Assembly: GCF_002113885.1 (NCBI RefSeq)
Contig: NW_018408382.1
Span: 189,693 to 253,692 of the forward strand
Source of the DNA: Mizuhopecten yessoensis
Taxonomy: Eukaryota
Direction: 5' to 3'
Length of the DNA stretch: 64,000 bases
The notes below the pieces were generated by a model. The model worked only from the letters and a program-made list of their open reading frames with translations, did not search any database and had not been told where the DNA came from. Positions 40,501 to 51,069 of the stretch are shown piece by piece (within the stretch, counting starts at the first letter, position 1; each line of letters begins with the position of its first letter). The translations under genes and the position numbers were made by a program.

Positions 40501-43500
40501 TTGGCTTGTGCTCCTGTGTTGTTTTGGAGGAGCTCCAAAGCCTGTATCAGTTTTATCCCATCAATTGTTTCACCATAGTTTGGATTTTGTTTGAAAAGTT
40601 TCAGATTTGCTTGACATGTGTCTGATTCTGCCTGAAGGCCATCAAGCCTCTGAAGGCGTTTTCTCTTATGTTCTCTTACCATCGATTGCAAATTTATACC
40701 CCAAGCTTCCGCTTCTTGTAACATTACAGCTTTCCTATCATCAATTTCTGCAGAAACAATTTTGCAGTTGTCCGAGACATTTTCTCGCTGTTTGGTGATG
40801 ATTTTGATATTCTGTTGTAAGCTTTCTGTCATGCTTTCCTTTGCATCTCTGATCCGATCATCCAGTTTTCGCTTCTTTGTAATAACAACATCATCAATTT
40901 TGCAGAACTTGTGGTTGCCATGGTTTCCATCTATGAAACAGGATGTACATACCAGTCTGTCACATGATTTACAGAAAAGGGAGATTTCTGTTTCCTTGTG
41001 AACGAGACAGAATGTCGGTTTGGTCTTTAAATTATCCAGAACAGTTTTCAGTTCTTCCTCAGATATCAAGTGTACGGTTTGCTGATCGTCAGATTCTGCT
41101 CCCCCTTGATTCTGACTTATCATGTTTTCTGTTGCTTCAGGGTCTGTTTTCTGATGTTCGTCCTTCTTCAGTCCCACTTCCTGTTCTCTTTCTTCCATCA
41201 TGACAACTTCCTGTCAGGTGTCGTGGCGACGTGGCAATTGATCAGTGTAGATAGACTGATGAGGCAGGTCTTAATTAACTGGTTTCAACCTGAAATACAG
41301 AATCAGCTTATGATTATGTGGCCATTATAAAGAGTTGAAGATATACATAGTATGTGTATAACCATCTTTCACATTCACCGGGGCTGGCAGTGCCTTGCTT
41401 TACCGCTGAAATTTAGCAAAAAAGTGCTTAATTTTCCCAAAATGAAGAATAAATGAGGATTATCTTTCCATTTCATAATTTTATCACTGAATTTTCCCAA
41501 TTCATGTAGGCCCATGCTGCTGTAAAAATGAAGGTAGGAAAATGTACCAGGGGTCAAATGTGTTTAACTTGGATAAAAAATGTTAAAATGTTCTAACAAC
41601 TTCTGAATAACTCAAACTGTTTTCTTATTTCCTGATGGGTAGGTGGTTGGCACGGTGGATAGTGCACCCCCCTTTCATTAAGGTGGCCAGGGTTCCATTC
41701 CTCAACCGTGCATGAAAACGTGGGGGCGGGGGGGCACTTGCCCGACCACAGTGTCTTTCTCGGGTACTCTGATTTCCTCCCACATTAAGACCCCCCCCCC
41801 CCACGCAGGCTAACATCCAGGTCAACAAGAGTGATTGATATATAAATACAAAGGATATATAAGATTGAGCATCAACATCTAGATTCTGTGTTTTATTAAC
41901 GGCTTACATGTTTCAGCTAGCTAGGCTAGCCATCATCAGAACACATATATGTTGTAAAGTGGATAAAGTTTACATTTACAAGGATCATCAGAAGGAATGC
42001 AGTCGGAGTCCCAGATCAATATGTTGGCAATCTCAGACCTTGCAACGTTATAAAATAATGTTATAAACTTGGATAATTCCAAAGTGTTGGACAGAGTCTT
42101 CACTCTACACTCAGATTAGTTTGCCTAACTTATGACATTAAATTAATTCTAAAGAGAAATTACTTCATGAGACATTTCAAAAGATACAATATTTTGGGAG
42201 GGAAAAGGTCTGTAATGGGATGTTGCTCTATGTAAGAATAACAACAGTGGAATTATATAGTGTTTCGCCTGCAGTGGTCGCAATAAACAATGTCTTCCCT
42301 TTGAAAGAAAACACTCAAACACAGCTGTTACTATTGCATTTACTATTGACAAGACTATAAATCCAACAGATAAGAGAAAATAAGAGAAAGGATCAAACTT
42401 ACATGGAACTTGTGAAGTTCTTATAATGGTGGACACAAAGATCCCTCTATGATCTTTTGTTAACAGAAATATTACTTCCTTTACCACCATTGATTTGAGA
42501 GTAACTCGTTGAAAACAGATCTGTAATCTAGCCTTTTCTGTGTAAACACAAGAGCTTGAAAGAAAACAAATTACCACTGTGTAGGAGTGTATGTACACAT
42601 GGTATGTTACTCTGAAATGTTGTTTTATACAAACCCAGCACTGTTTCAAAATTAGCTAATCTTGTGTCCTATGCAGAATACCGGTACAGATATAGACAGG
42701 TCCTGGCTGTGTAAACTTCCTGGCTGTAACCTTAACGACTGCCAGAGCATGCCCAGTGTAATATTTGTGTTTCCTAAAATTCGCTTCTACTTTCACTTTC
42801 ACATTCTCTAGAAAAGGTTTCACTTTCACTTTCATTTCTATGGCTGGGTGCATATCAAGTTTGGTTTTGAACATGAAATTCCTTTAGTAACTTGGTATCA
42901 AACCACAATGACATTTATGAGATTTCATAACAGTAGATTTTTCGCCCACCATCTGATACAAATCACCTGTGGCCCGTGATCTGTGGTCCGTCCATAAACA
43001 ATTCTTCATATCGCTATTTCTCAGAAAGTACCAGAGGGATATTTCTCAAATTTCATAGTTAGGTCTCCCCCCCGCCCCGGTCCCTAGTTGTGCTTATTTA
43101 TTTTTGAGACTGATGGGATAAACAAAATGGCCGACAAGCGGCCATCTTTAATTTTAACAGTGAAGGTTTGTTCTCGCTATTTCTCAGAAAGCACATGAAG
43201 GATCTTTTTCAAATTTGATATGTAAGTTCCCCTCGCTCCCTTGTTGTGCATGTTTACTTTTGCGACTAATCGGATAAACAAAATGCCTGACAGGTGGCCA
43301 TCTTGGATTTTGACAGTGAAGGTTTGTTATCACTATTTCTTTGAAAGGAAATGGAGGATCTTTCTCAAATTATATATGAAGGTTCCCCTTAATCCTTAGT
43401 TTTGCGTCATGTGTCATATTGAGATTTATCTTAAAAACAACATGGCTGTTTCTCAAAAAGCGTTTGACAGATATTTCTCAAATTTCATTAATTATGAAGG

Positions 43501-46500
43501 TTCCCCTAGGTTCATAATCATGCATGTATTATTTTAAAGCTGATTGAAAAGAAAAAAAAGACGGTTGCAGCAGTTATCTTGGATTTGGACATTTCAAGAA
43601 TATTATCACTATTTCCAAGTACAATGATCAGTTCTATTTCTTTCACATTGAATTACTGTACAAGTAAATATGTGAAACAACAAACTCACTTTGAAGGTTA
43701 TCTTCTATACACAGCAGTATGAAGTTGAACAAGGCCTAGACTCATGATAAATTCCTAGAGAGAGCTGACAAAATTTGCAAACAAGAATGACCTTGAGTTA
43801 TTTTTGAGGTCACAGGGGTCGTATGTATCAAAAATTTCCAACAACTTCTCCTGAAGAAGCTCATCAAAGATTTTCATAAAAATTACCTTCACTTATTTTC
43901 AAAGTCACAAATATGACAAAAATGTCATCCAACTTCTTCTGAGTCATAGCATGGAAACATTTTACATCCCCTCCCTTTAACCATATAACCATATACAATT
44001 TCTAGGCGTGAAGAGATAAATTCATTCATGCTACCCAGGGATCCAGCCCTACCCATACATTTGTGTCCTTATAGTCTTTCCTGCCCCAAGGGATTTAGTG
44101 CTTGTTTCAGCCTATATTTCTTGCACTTTCTGATGAAGTGTACTGTAGTATTCAACAGGTTTTGATTTAAAATAGAAAATGTCCAGGTGAGCTATGAAGG
44201 CCCCTGTGCCTCTTGTATATAATTGGTTTGTTGGTTTGGCCCAAAGCCTACAAGACAATGTTTCCTAAGTACATTTCTAAATAAAACCTGCTTATAGTAT
44301 AATATCCTGTTTGCTAGATAGTAAAGACAGTCAAACTTCCATAAATCGAACTTGGAAGATTAAAATTTCTCATGTGTAGAGCTTACTGCAAAGTCTGGTT
44401 GTTGTGTTGGCAAATTTCAAAGCAAATTGCATTTTATCATCATAATGATTAGCATGTAATTTCTACTTTTAATGTACTTTTTAAAAAAATTGTTCTGTTA
44501 TATTTATTTTCCATTTTGCAGCAGATAGCTAGTAAAATTAAGGTATGTTTACATTGTGACATCCTACAATGGACATGTATTAAAAAGAAGGACAACTCTG
44601 TAATTACTCAAGTCTGATCATTTTTACCTTAATGTTCATTGTATAATGCCTAAAACAGAATATATATATATGTCAGTGATTATTTTACATTTTTTTTTAT
44701 AATAATAGATAAAAAATATATCAATTTTAGAAAAAAAATGTTTTTGTCTCTACATATCAATAAGAACAAATGAATGTTTTCATCCCCAGAATCTTTTGCT
44801 GTGATTCCACTCTACAACATCAAGGAAATAAGGCAAAACTTTGACACAAGGTTAAAGATCTTACAAGCGTGCGACTCCCAGCTCCCTGTGGTGACCAACA
44901 GGTCAATGGTGAAACAGGTAAGAAATCGACTCTTTGTGCCATAGCCAAAAGGAAAAAAGGAAAAAATGGTTCCTGTGAAATCTAGGATTTGGGCAAATTT
45001 TTTACTTGATGTCATGCTGGAACGGACTGGTTTGGATCCTAATTTTGTGGATAAAATGTACTAGAACTTTAAACATGGTATTTAAGGATCCCTGTACCAC
45101 TACCAAAATTGAAGTATTGGAAATTGATTGTCCGGCAGGACTGTAACTTTAATATTTATATCTGAATGAAAAGAAAACCATACTTTCAGGATATTTCTGA
45201 AAAATAATGAAGATGAAATAAACAAAATATTATAAATAGTGTTACAAGTGTAAAGCTTCTGTGGGGTAGATTGGGATTCGAACCCTTGATTTCAGATTGT
45301 TATACTATCCCTCTCACCGATTGAGCTACCTGGTCAACAGGAGTGTCCTGGCCCAGCTGTGCTAGAGTTATATCCAAACGAAAGTTACAGAGATGTTATT
45401 GTATAAAGGGGGAAAACACTGTTCAGTGGGACAGAGATCCTTAAGTTAAATTCTAGATATTGTTTTATTCCGGGACAGACATCGCTGAACGTATTAATTG
45501 TCCGAATCAAATCAACTGTTAAATAATATGTGATAATGCTTATAATGGTGATGTACTAATAATGTAGTAATAATGGCATTATGATGATGATGATGATGTA
45601 ATGATGTGCTGATGAAGAGGTGTGTTCAGTAAAATATCATAATGATGATGGAAAAGGAGGAGGATGTGCTGATTTGAATGTGGGGATGCAAGTGTCATGT
45701 GTGAATTTCATATTTCTTTACATTTGTATACGTAAAATATTCTTGTGAACAAAAATAATTGAATAAACAGAAGAAAAAAGAGAAATGTATCATTTATAAT
45801 GAACTACAGTGTATTTATCATTCTGCAGGAGATACCAAGATTTGTCCATCGCCAGCTTCCGTCTCACAAATCTTCATATCTCCCTTACTCATGTACATTA
45901 TGCATACCATTACGTGTAGCTTTAGTAATCCATGTCTAGGGTAGAATAGACATTTCACTGAATTGTTTCTATGTTTTTACTTCAGGGATTGGACGAGGAA
46001 ATTATCGAGGACATTGTGAACTATTTTCTCAGTGATCGTGATCAGCCCGTTACAGAAAATTCCAAAGCTGCGTTTTTACTTGCTCTCTGTGGCTGGAACC
46101 TAAGGTTTGTTCACTCTATCTCTCCGTTTATTGGTGGATTTATAGAACAAAATCTGCTTGTTTAGACCAAAAAATGTGATGAATAGTTGAAAGAGGATTA
46201 TGGTTCAATAAAGACAACAAATGATATCATTTCATTCTTATACGAATTCGAAGTAGTATATTATTCAGTAGGCTAATTCATCATGATATGTTGTTGTGTT
46301 TCCTTGAAAAGAATTTTGATTCAACAGTTCAAAAGTTATTGCCCTTTGTTTATTTCAGTATTTGATTTTTGTCCGGCAATCTCCTCCTACATTTTTCAAC
46401 GAATTTCTTTGAAACTTGGTATACTTTATAATCATGATATGAAGTTGTGTCTCCCTTAAAAGAATTTCGATTCGACGATTTTTGCAAAAGTTATTGCCAT

Positions 46501-49500
46501 TTGTTCATTTTCTCCTACATTTTTTGACGGATTTGTTTGAAACTTACTAGGCTAAATAATTATGATATGTTGTTGTGTTTCCTTGAAAAGAAAAGAATGT
46601 CAGCTTACCACTCTTAGAATGATGCAGATCTTATTTCAATGTAAGAATGTATGTAACACTATATGGCATTCGACGGGCGTATATTGTTCCGCCCGCTGTA
46701 CTCTTGTTTTTATTGACTCGAGAAGAAATATCATCAGTCTTTTATTGTCTACAAGGAAAGAACTTGTAATATATACAATGGTAGTACCTGTGCATATGCT
46801 ATTTAAGCATTAAGCATAAGGAGGCATAAGTAGTCTAGTGGTAGGACGCCAGGCTCGTGACCGAAGGGTTGCAGGTACGCGGCGCGGCACGGCACTGTGT
46901 ATCTTTGAGCAAGATACTTTACTCCGCTTGGTCCAGTCTACTCAGCTGTAAATGAGTATGTGGTTGGGCAGTGCTAGAATTGTTGAATGTTAGCTGTGAG
47001 CGCCGAAATGGCAGCACCGGCTGTATGCTCCCCAGGGAGTTGAGAAAGATATTGGCTGGTTGCAAAGACCCTATAATCACGGATAATAATTTGTGAACCG
47101 CTGTGAGACGACCTACGAACTAGGTTGTGAGAAAGCGGTATATAAGAACCTCAAATTATTATAATTATTATCATTATTAGCTCACTTGGCCCTTCGAGCT
47201 TATGGCATGGTGCGGCGTCCGTCGTCCGACCGGTGTCAACTTTTCACTTTAAACAACTTCTTCTCAGTAACCAAAAGGCCTAGGGTGATGATATTTGGCC
47301 AGTAACATGCTTGGATGAAGGGCTACCAAGTTTGTTCAAATAAATGACCTTCATCAATTTTAAAGGTCACAGGGGTCAAATATGTAAACATCTTTAAACA
47401 ACTTCTTCTGAATAACCGAGAGGCCAAGGATGATGATGTTTGGCCAGTAACATGCTGGGATGAAGGGCTACCAAGTTTGTTCAAATAAATGACCTTGCCT
47501 TATATTCAAGGTCACAGGGGTCAAATATGTTTAAAACATTTAAACAACTTCTTCTGAATAACCCAGAGACCTAGGGTGGTGATATTTGGCCAGTGACATG
47601 CTGGGATGAAGGGCTACCAAGTTTGTTCAAATAAAGTACCTTGATTAATGTTCAAGCTCACTGGGGTCAAATATGTTTAAAACCTTTCAACAACTTCTTC
47701 TGAATAACTGAGAGGCCTAAGGTGATGATATTTGGCCAGTAACATGCTGGGATGAAGGGCTACCAAGTTTGTTCAAATAAATGGCCTTGATTTATATTCA
47801 AGGTCACAGGGGTCAAATATGTAAACATCTTTAAACAACTTCTTCTGAATAACTGAGAGGTCTAGGGTGATGCTATTTGGCCAGTAACATGCTTGGATGA
47901 AGGGCTACCAAGTTTGTTCAAATGAATGACCTTGACTTATATTCAAGGTCACAGGGGTTAAATATGTTAAAAACATTTAAACAATTTCTTCTGAATAACC
48001 AAGAGGCCTAGGATGATGATATTTGGCCATTAACATGCTGGGATGAAGGACTACGAAGTGAATGAACTTCACCCATATTGAAGGTCACTGTGGTCAATAT
48101 ATGTTTAAATCTTTAAATGATTTGTTCCGTATAACCAAAAGGTCCAGGGTAATGATATTTTGCCAGAAGCATGCTGGGTTGGAAGACTATAAACTCTGTT
48201 CAACCTAATGTCCTTGTTTGACATTCAAGGTCACAGGCGTCATATGTTTAAATCTTTTAATAGGTTCTTATGAATCAAACACTGATATACTGCCTGTAGC
48301 TGTATTTCAGTCCACTTTTAAGATTACAAGTGTGAGATTAATACCAGGTGAGCGATGCAGGCCCATTGGGCCTCTTGTTATTAAACTGCTGTCATTCTGC
48401 TGTGTGGTTCATAGGCAATACGAACGCTCACTGCATTACAAGAAAATGACATGAACCACGTTAGCTTAACCACTTGAAATTAAAAGGTGAAACGGCAGCA
48501 AAGATTTCCTGGTATACAGTAACGCCGCCTAAATTTTAAGACTACATAATGGACAGGAAGATAATGTTCCATCATGTTATGTTTCTTTCTGTGTCATTTA
48601 GTGACAAAGGCAGCACCACCCTAGAATGTAGCTTCTGTCAGCGAACCATAGGCTTGTGGAACTACAAGTCCTCTGGTGGGACTCAAACAACCGAGAATGA
48701 GCAAGAGCAGTCTGGAGATGGTCCTGTAGCCAAAAAGTTTAAAGTTGTAAGTATTATTGAATAGCTTCGTAAGATTTCATGAAAGACATCATACGCATCA
48801 ATTCTGCCTGAAAAAATGTTTTTAAGAAATCAATGACATTCTAATAGATAAGTATGAGAATCAAATCTATGAAAAGTTAAGGCTTATATTTCTTAGAAAA
48901 GCTGTCAGAAAAGTCAGATTCTTTAACAGTTTATTTGGCCAAGTGCTGGTAATAAGTAGTCTAAGATTATTACTAAGTAATTCAAGTATGACTCATACAT
49001 CAGTAACTACCTGTAGTAAGTAGAAAAAATATATAAATGATTTACCATACAAGGAAATGTTGGTGTTGTGACTCTTCAAACTAATCGCCAAATCTAAATT
49101 TTGTGTGTGGATATTTTCCACTGTAAATGTACTAAGCATGAAAACTGCAAGCATTTGCACACCACAATAATTGCCACTGTTACAGAATACAGTACAAGTG
49201 TAATTATTTTATGGTATTTCATTCTCAGACAGAGAAGGACAACTTTGACCCTATAGCAGAGCACAGGTACTGGTGCTCATGGCTGGTGGATCTGTCTGCC
49301 CCTAGAGATGTATCTACACCTTCCAAAGGTTCCCAAGGGAGCCAGTACAGCTCCCCAGTGTGTAGTCCCTCCACCCCAAACAGTAGCAGCTTTAATAGCA
49401 GTTTTGGTGAGGGGTCCCCAGGGACCAGTCAACTGGACCTGACCACCAGGCCCTGGTTCTCTATGCTAAAGCTGGTCTGTCCAGGCAAGGTGATGGACAC

Positions 49501-50050
49501 AGAGCCTACTATGACTGACCGTTTCAAACAGGTGATTGACTCCAGGTTCTTAATGAAATGGCTGACTTAAAATTTATATCTATTTTATTGGTATCAAACA
49601 TTTAGGCAGCTTTGTTAATCTGAATAATTTCCAAGTTAATGTCTCTGCCCTTATATGGTAAGCAGTGTTATTCTTTCTTTAAGTTAATGAGTTTTCTTCA
49701 TAAAATACCGTGGAGCCTGTGAGTAATAATGCAAATTTGGTGTGTGAAAATTAGATATCTTTGGAATAAAATGTTGAATTGAATAGGAAGTGACTGTAAA
49801 GTAAGTTAGTTACGATTATTCATGTTCACCATGTTAGTGTTCTGGTACATTGTATTTCCCAGAAATAATTAGCAAAGTTCAGCTGTGGTGATGATAAAAA
49901 CTTTCCCAACTTTATTTTTTAACTATTTTTCTTAATTTATGATTTTAACAAATGTTTCAGAATTCTCCAACTGCTGGTCTAAGACAGCTTCGGAGGCTGA
50001 TGAGGGGGTGGTCTTCTGCATACATAAAATCACCGGACAAACCATCGTGA
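31505..50050 (+). CDS. ZC3HC1: Zinc finger C3HC-type protein 1 / NIPA, 9 coding exons, 424 aa
   Basis: Exons 31505-31596, 35391-35553, 36521-36671, 37775-37858, 44790-44917, 45986-46104, 48602-48746, 49229-49531, 49961-50050; 1275 nt, phases join. Motifs SREAYFQRVHTF, WFAKPVDLSPLVCARYGW, CVGC...HKKSCSW (zf-C3HC), LALCGW, CSFCQRTIGLW and FDPIAEHRYWCSW (Rsm1-like). Confidence 0.92.
31708..32581. mobile_element. MITE with about 25-bp TIRs and TA TSD (Tc1/mariner-type) in ZC3HC1 intron 1
   Basis: TA|ACGTCACGCTACCACAATTTGTACA ... TGTACCAATTGTGGTAGCGTGACGT|TA. Internal 44-bp direct duplication at 32041 and 32094. Confidence 0.8.
32616..32732. repeat. Short inverted repeat / MITE relic
   Basis: ATAACTATAACAATCTGTATATGAAGAAGTACCCCCTTA versus TAAGGGGTATTTTCCATAAATAGATTGTTATAGTTAT. 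Confidence 0.7.
34150..34720 (-). mobile_element. Decayed Penelope-like retroelement fragment (RT C-terminal/thumb region)
   Basis: Translations DDTGSIKYTSEED, GVVYTLLERRMNIVTQQEVMEIEKRHIRQALTSCGYPEW and MVTIPYIKG resemble the Penelope-like RT/linker region. Multiple frameshifts. Confidence 0.75.
35554..36520 (+). other. U12-type (minor spliceosome) GT-AG intron, ZC3HC1 intron 2
   Basis: 5' splice site GTATCCTT at 35554-35561 and branch-like TTCTTCAAC about 10 nt before the AG. The protein reads continuously ...RVHTFT|TFNWFAKP. Confidence 0.8.
37845..38175 (+). repeat. 50-bp minisatellite (7 copies) containing the ZC3HC1 exon-4 end and donor site
   Basis: AAATCCTAGTCCAG|GTTTGT...ACACAAGGTCACTC.AAAATCTCT units at 37845, 37895, 37945, 37994, 38044, 38094, 38144. 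Confidence 0.92.
38210..39125. repeat. Diverged tandem repeat of about 31 bp
   Basis: TATCTTGAGGCCAAACAAAT... recurring many times. Confidence 0.85.
39492..41201 (-). CDS. RING-less TRIM-like protein (B-box, coiled coil, C-terminal NHL/beta-propeller), 569 aa, single coding exon, nested in ZC3HC1 intron 4
   Basis: B-box2 CLVH...LFCKSCDRLVCTSCFIDGNHGNH, followed by a helical region, and C-terminal PKGLCKDQNDHLIVSDYWNHAIH...GLTHPTAVGIDG..WMWV. An intact 1710-nt ORF. A probable acceptor TTTCAG at 41290 implies a 5' UTR intron. Confidence 0.88.
   Translation of the reverse strand: MMEEREQEVGLKKDEHQKTDPEATENMISQNQGGAESDDQQTVHLISEEELKTVLDNLKTKPTFCLVHKETEISLFCKSCDRLVCTSCFIDGNHGNHKFCKIDDVVITKKRKLDDRIRDAKESMTESLQQNIKIITKQRENVSDNCKIVSAEIDDRKAVMLQEAEAWGINLQSMVREHKRKRLQRLDGLQAESDTCQANLKLFKQNPNYGETIDGIKLIQALELLQNNTGAQAKDKSEASEGEKELIFTKGEGNTEKMDIWFGQINGIIPVDNPGKISKKIKFCESKVDCISPLDEKRAFVVTEELLYLVDLTKAKYKQEDLVPLMKGVVYITPVTKQGIYVQQKDRTVVNRVTEAGLIYRFADLKPEASDESWQTIRISDTGMVISITEKKFVDNRQTPRNVTLKMMQYNKHGIREKVIFSQTFEQNHFLFKNQFPESVQTASDVYIQTTPKDIPESSCEPGIPESSCEPGTIMNFKDISKTYKGCIGSNPELTFHPKGLCKDQNDHLIVSDYWNHAIHQLTPEGKFHKFLMREENGLTHPTAVGIDGLNWMWVTQRDGNIHVVKYIP
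41636..41840 (+). mobile_element. tRNA-derived SINE copy
   Basis: GGTTGGCACGGTGGATAG...GGGTTCCATTCC (A/B-box-like) and core TTTCTCGGGTACTCTGATTTCCTCCCACA. Confidence 0.65.
42938..44216 (+). mobile_element. Old HINE-like element(s) with diverged internal repeats
   Basis: TTTTCGCCCACC...GTCCGTCC start, recurring CGCTATTTCTCAGAAAG...CAAAATGGCCGAC units, and CCAGGTGAGCTATGAAGGCCCCTGTGCCTCTTGT end. May be composite. Confidence 0.55.
45263..45336 (-). mobile_element. tRNA-like SINE head / tRNA pseudogene
   Basis: Minus strand GACCAGGTAGCTCAATCGGTGAGAG...AGGGTTCGAATCCC has A and B boxes but poor acceptor and anticodon stems. Confidence 0.55.
46820..47173 (+). mobile_element. Near full-length tRNA-derived SINE with conserved central domain and LINE-like 3' tail
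   Basis: TAGTCTAGTGGTAGGACGCC...GGTTGCAGGT head; GTGTATCTTTGAGCAAGATACTTTAC...CAGCTGTAAATGAGTA and GGCTGTATGCTCCCCAGGGAGTTGAG core (Deu/Nin-like); AAAGCGGTATATAAGAA..ATTATT tail. Confidence 0.75.
47174..48379 (+). mobile_element. Helentron-type non-autonomous element (HINE) with about 7 tandem units of about 146 bp
   Basis: TTATTAGCTCACTTGGCCC...GCGTCCGTCGTCC start, repeated AAACAACTTCTTCTGAATAAC...GGGCTACCAAGTTTGTTCAAAT...CAAGGTCACAGGGGTCAAA, and CAGGTGAGCGATGCAGGCCCATTGGGCCTCTTGTT end. Confidence 0.8.
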
Positions 50051-50566
50051 CACAAACTTAGGTCAGCATGCTGTGCTCAAACATCACAGTCAAATCTACC
50101 TAAATGAACTGGTATACTGTTGGTGCACAGTTTGGAATGGATTTCTTTACACTGAAATCATAGACTGAAATCTTTTTTTCTTCATTATAACACAAAAGTA
50201 ACTTTAGAAAACGTCACTCTTTGTTGTTTCACTCGTTCAAAATCAGTAGTAGAAATAGTAAAAGTATTGGGAATTCCATTAATAAATGATAATTTTGGAT
50301 CTGACTTTCCACACATAATGTTATAAAACTGTTTGGTTATACATATGTAGCTGTTGAAAGTGAAATAGTGGGAGTGCTAGAATAAATTTTTTTGGTGAAC
50401 AAACAGAGGTGAAGACAAAACGATGGACAAATGGTGTTGAGAACGTACAAGCTTTGTGCGTGTTGATAACTGATTGTACTGTGAGGATGACTGGACGTGA
50501 GTGAGATGTTCAAGGAGAATTCTAATGGATGATTATACTGCTGGCAGCGACAGATCAAAGGACTAG

Positions 50567-50670
50567 TGCCATAAAGGTCAAGGTTATGGTCATAAAGGTC
50601 AAGGTTATTGTCATAGGTCAAGGTTATTGCCATAAAGGTCAAGGTTTATTACCATAAAGGTCAAGGATTA
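50567..50670. repeat. Minisatellite of about 20 bp (CATAAAGGTCAAGGTTAT), 5 copies, in the ZC3HC1 3' region
   Basis: Direct inspection. Confidence 0.8.
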
Positions 50671-50980
50671 TACTCTCATTTCCATAATCACATAATTATA
50701 TTCATGTCATAGATATGAGTAACCATTTAAACCCCATGATCAATACTCTGGTTAGTTTCATGGAATTTAAAATTGGCCACAGTACCTGATAAAAAACTAG
50801 AGTTGATGAAAAAATATTGACCAATAGTGGTGGCTGAAGACCCAGTTATTCAAATACAAAATAAAGAGTCTGCATTTATCACTTTTCAGGTAAATGTATA
50901 TATATATATATGTTAAAAAATTATTTGAAGGCTTCTATTTTGTATTTTAAATCTGTTAATCTAGTTGCATTTCTTATTCC

Positions 50981-51069
50981 TGACTCATTCACCCCTGAAG
51001 ACACATTTGAACTCTTCCAATTCAAAGGTTGGAATACTTCATTATAATAATCAGGGATGAATGAGTTAA
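50981..51069. mobile_element. Tiny MITE-like inverted repeat
   Basis: TGACTCATTCACCCCTGA ... TCAGGGATGAATGAGTTAA. Confidence 0.6.

Noticed and set aside
41256-41296. Hammerhead-like CTGATGAG...GAAA
   Set aside because: Stem II does not pair in register and stems I/III are not evident. The GAAA coincides with a minus-strand splice acceptor.
39967-41330. Several plus-strand ORFs of 63-131 aa
   Set aside because: Antisense shadows of the 569-aa minus-strand CDS.
45263-45336. Functional tRNA gene
   Set aside because: A and B boxes are present but the cloverleaf stems are broken; more likely a SINE head or pseudogene.
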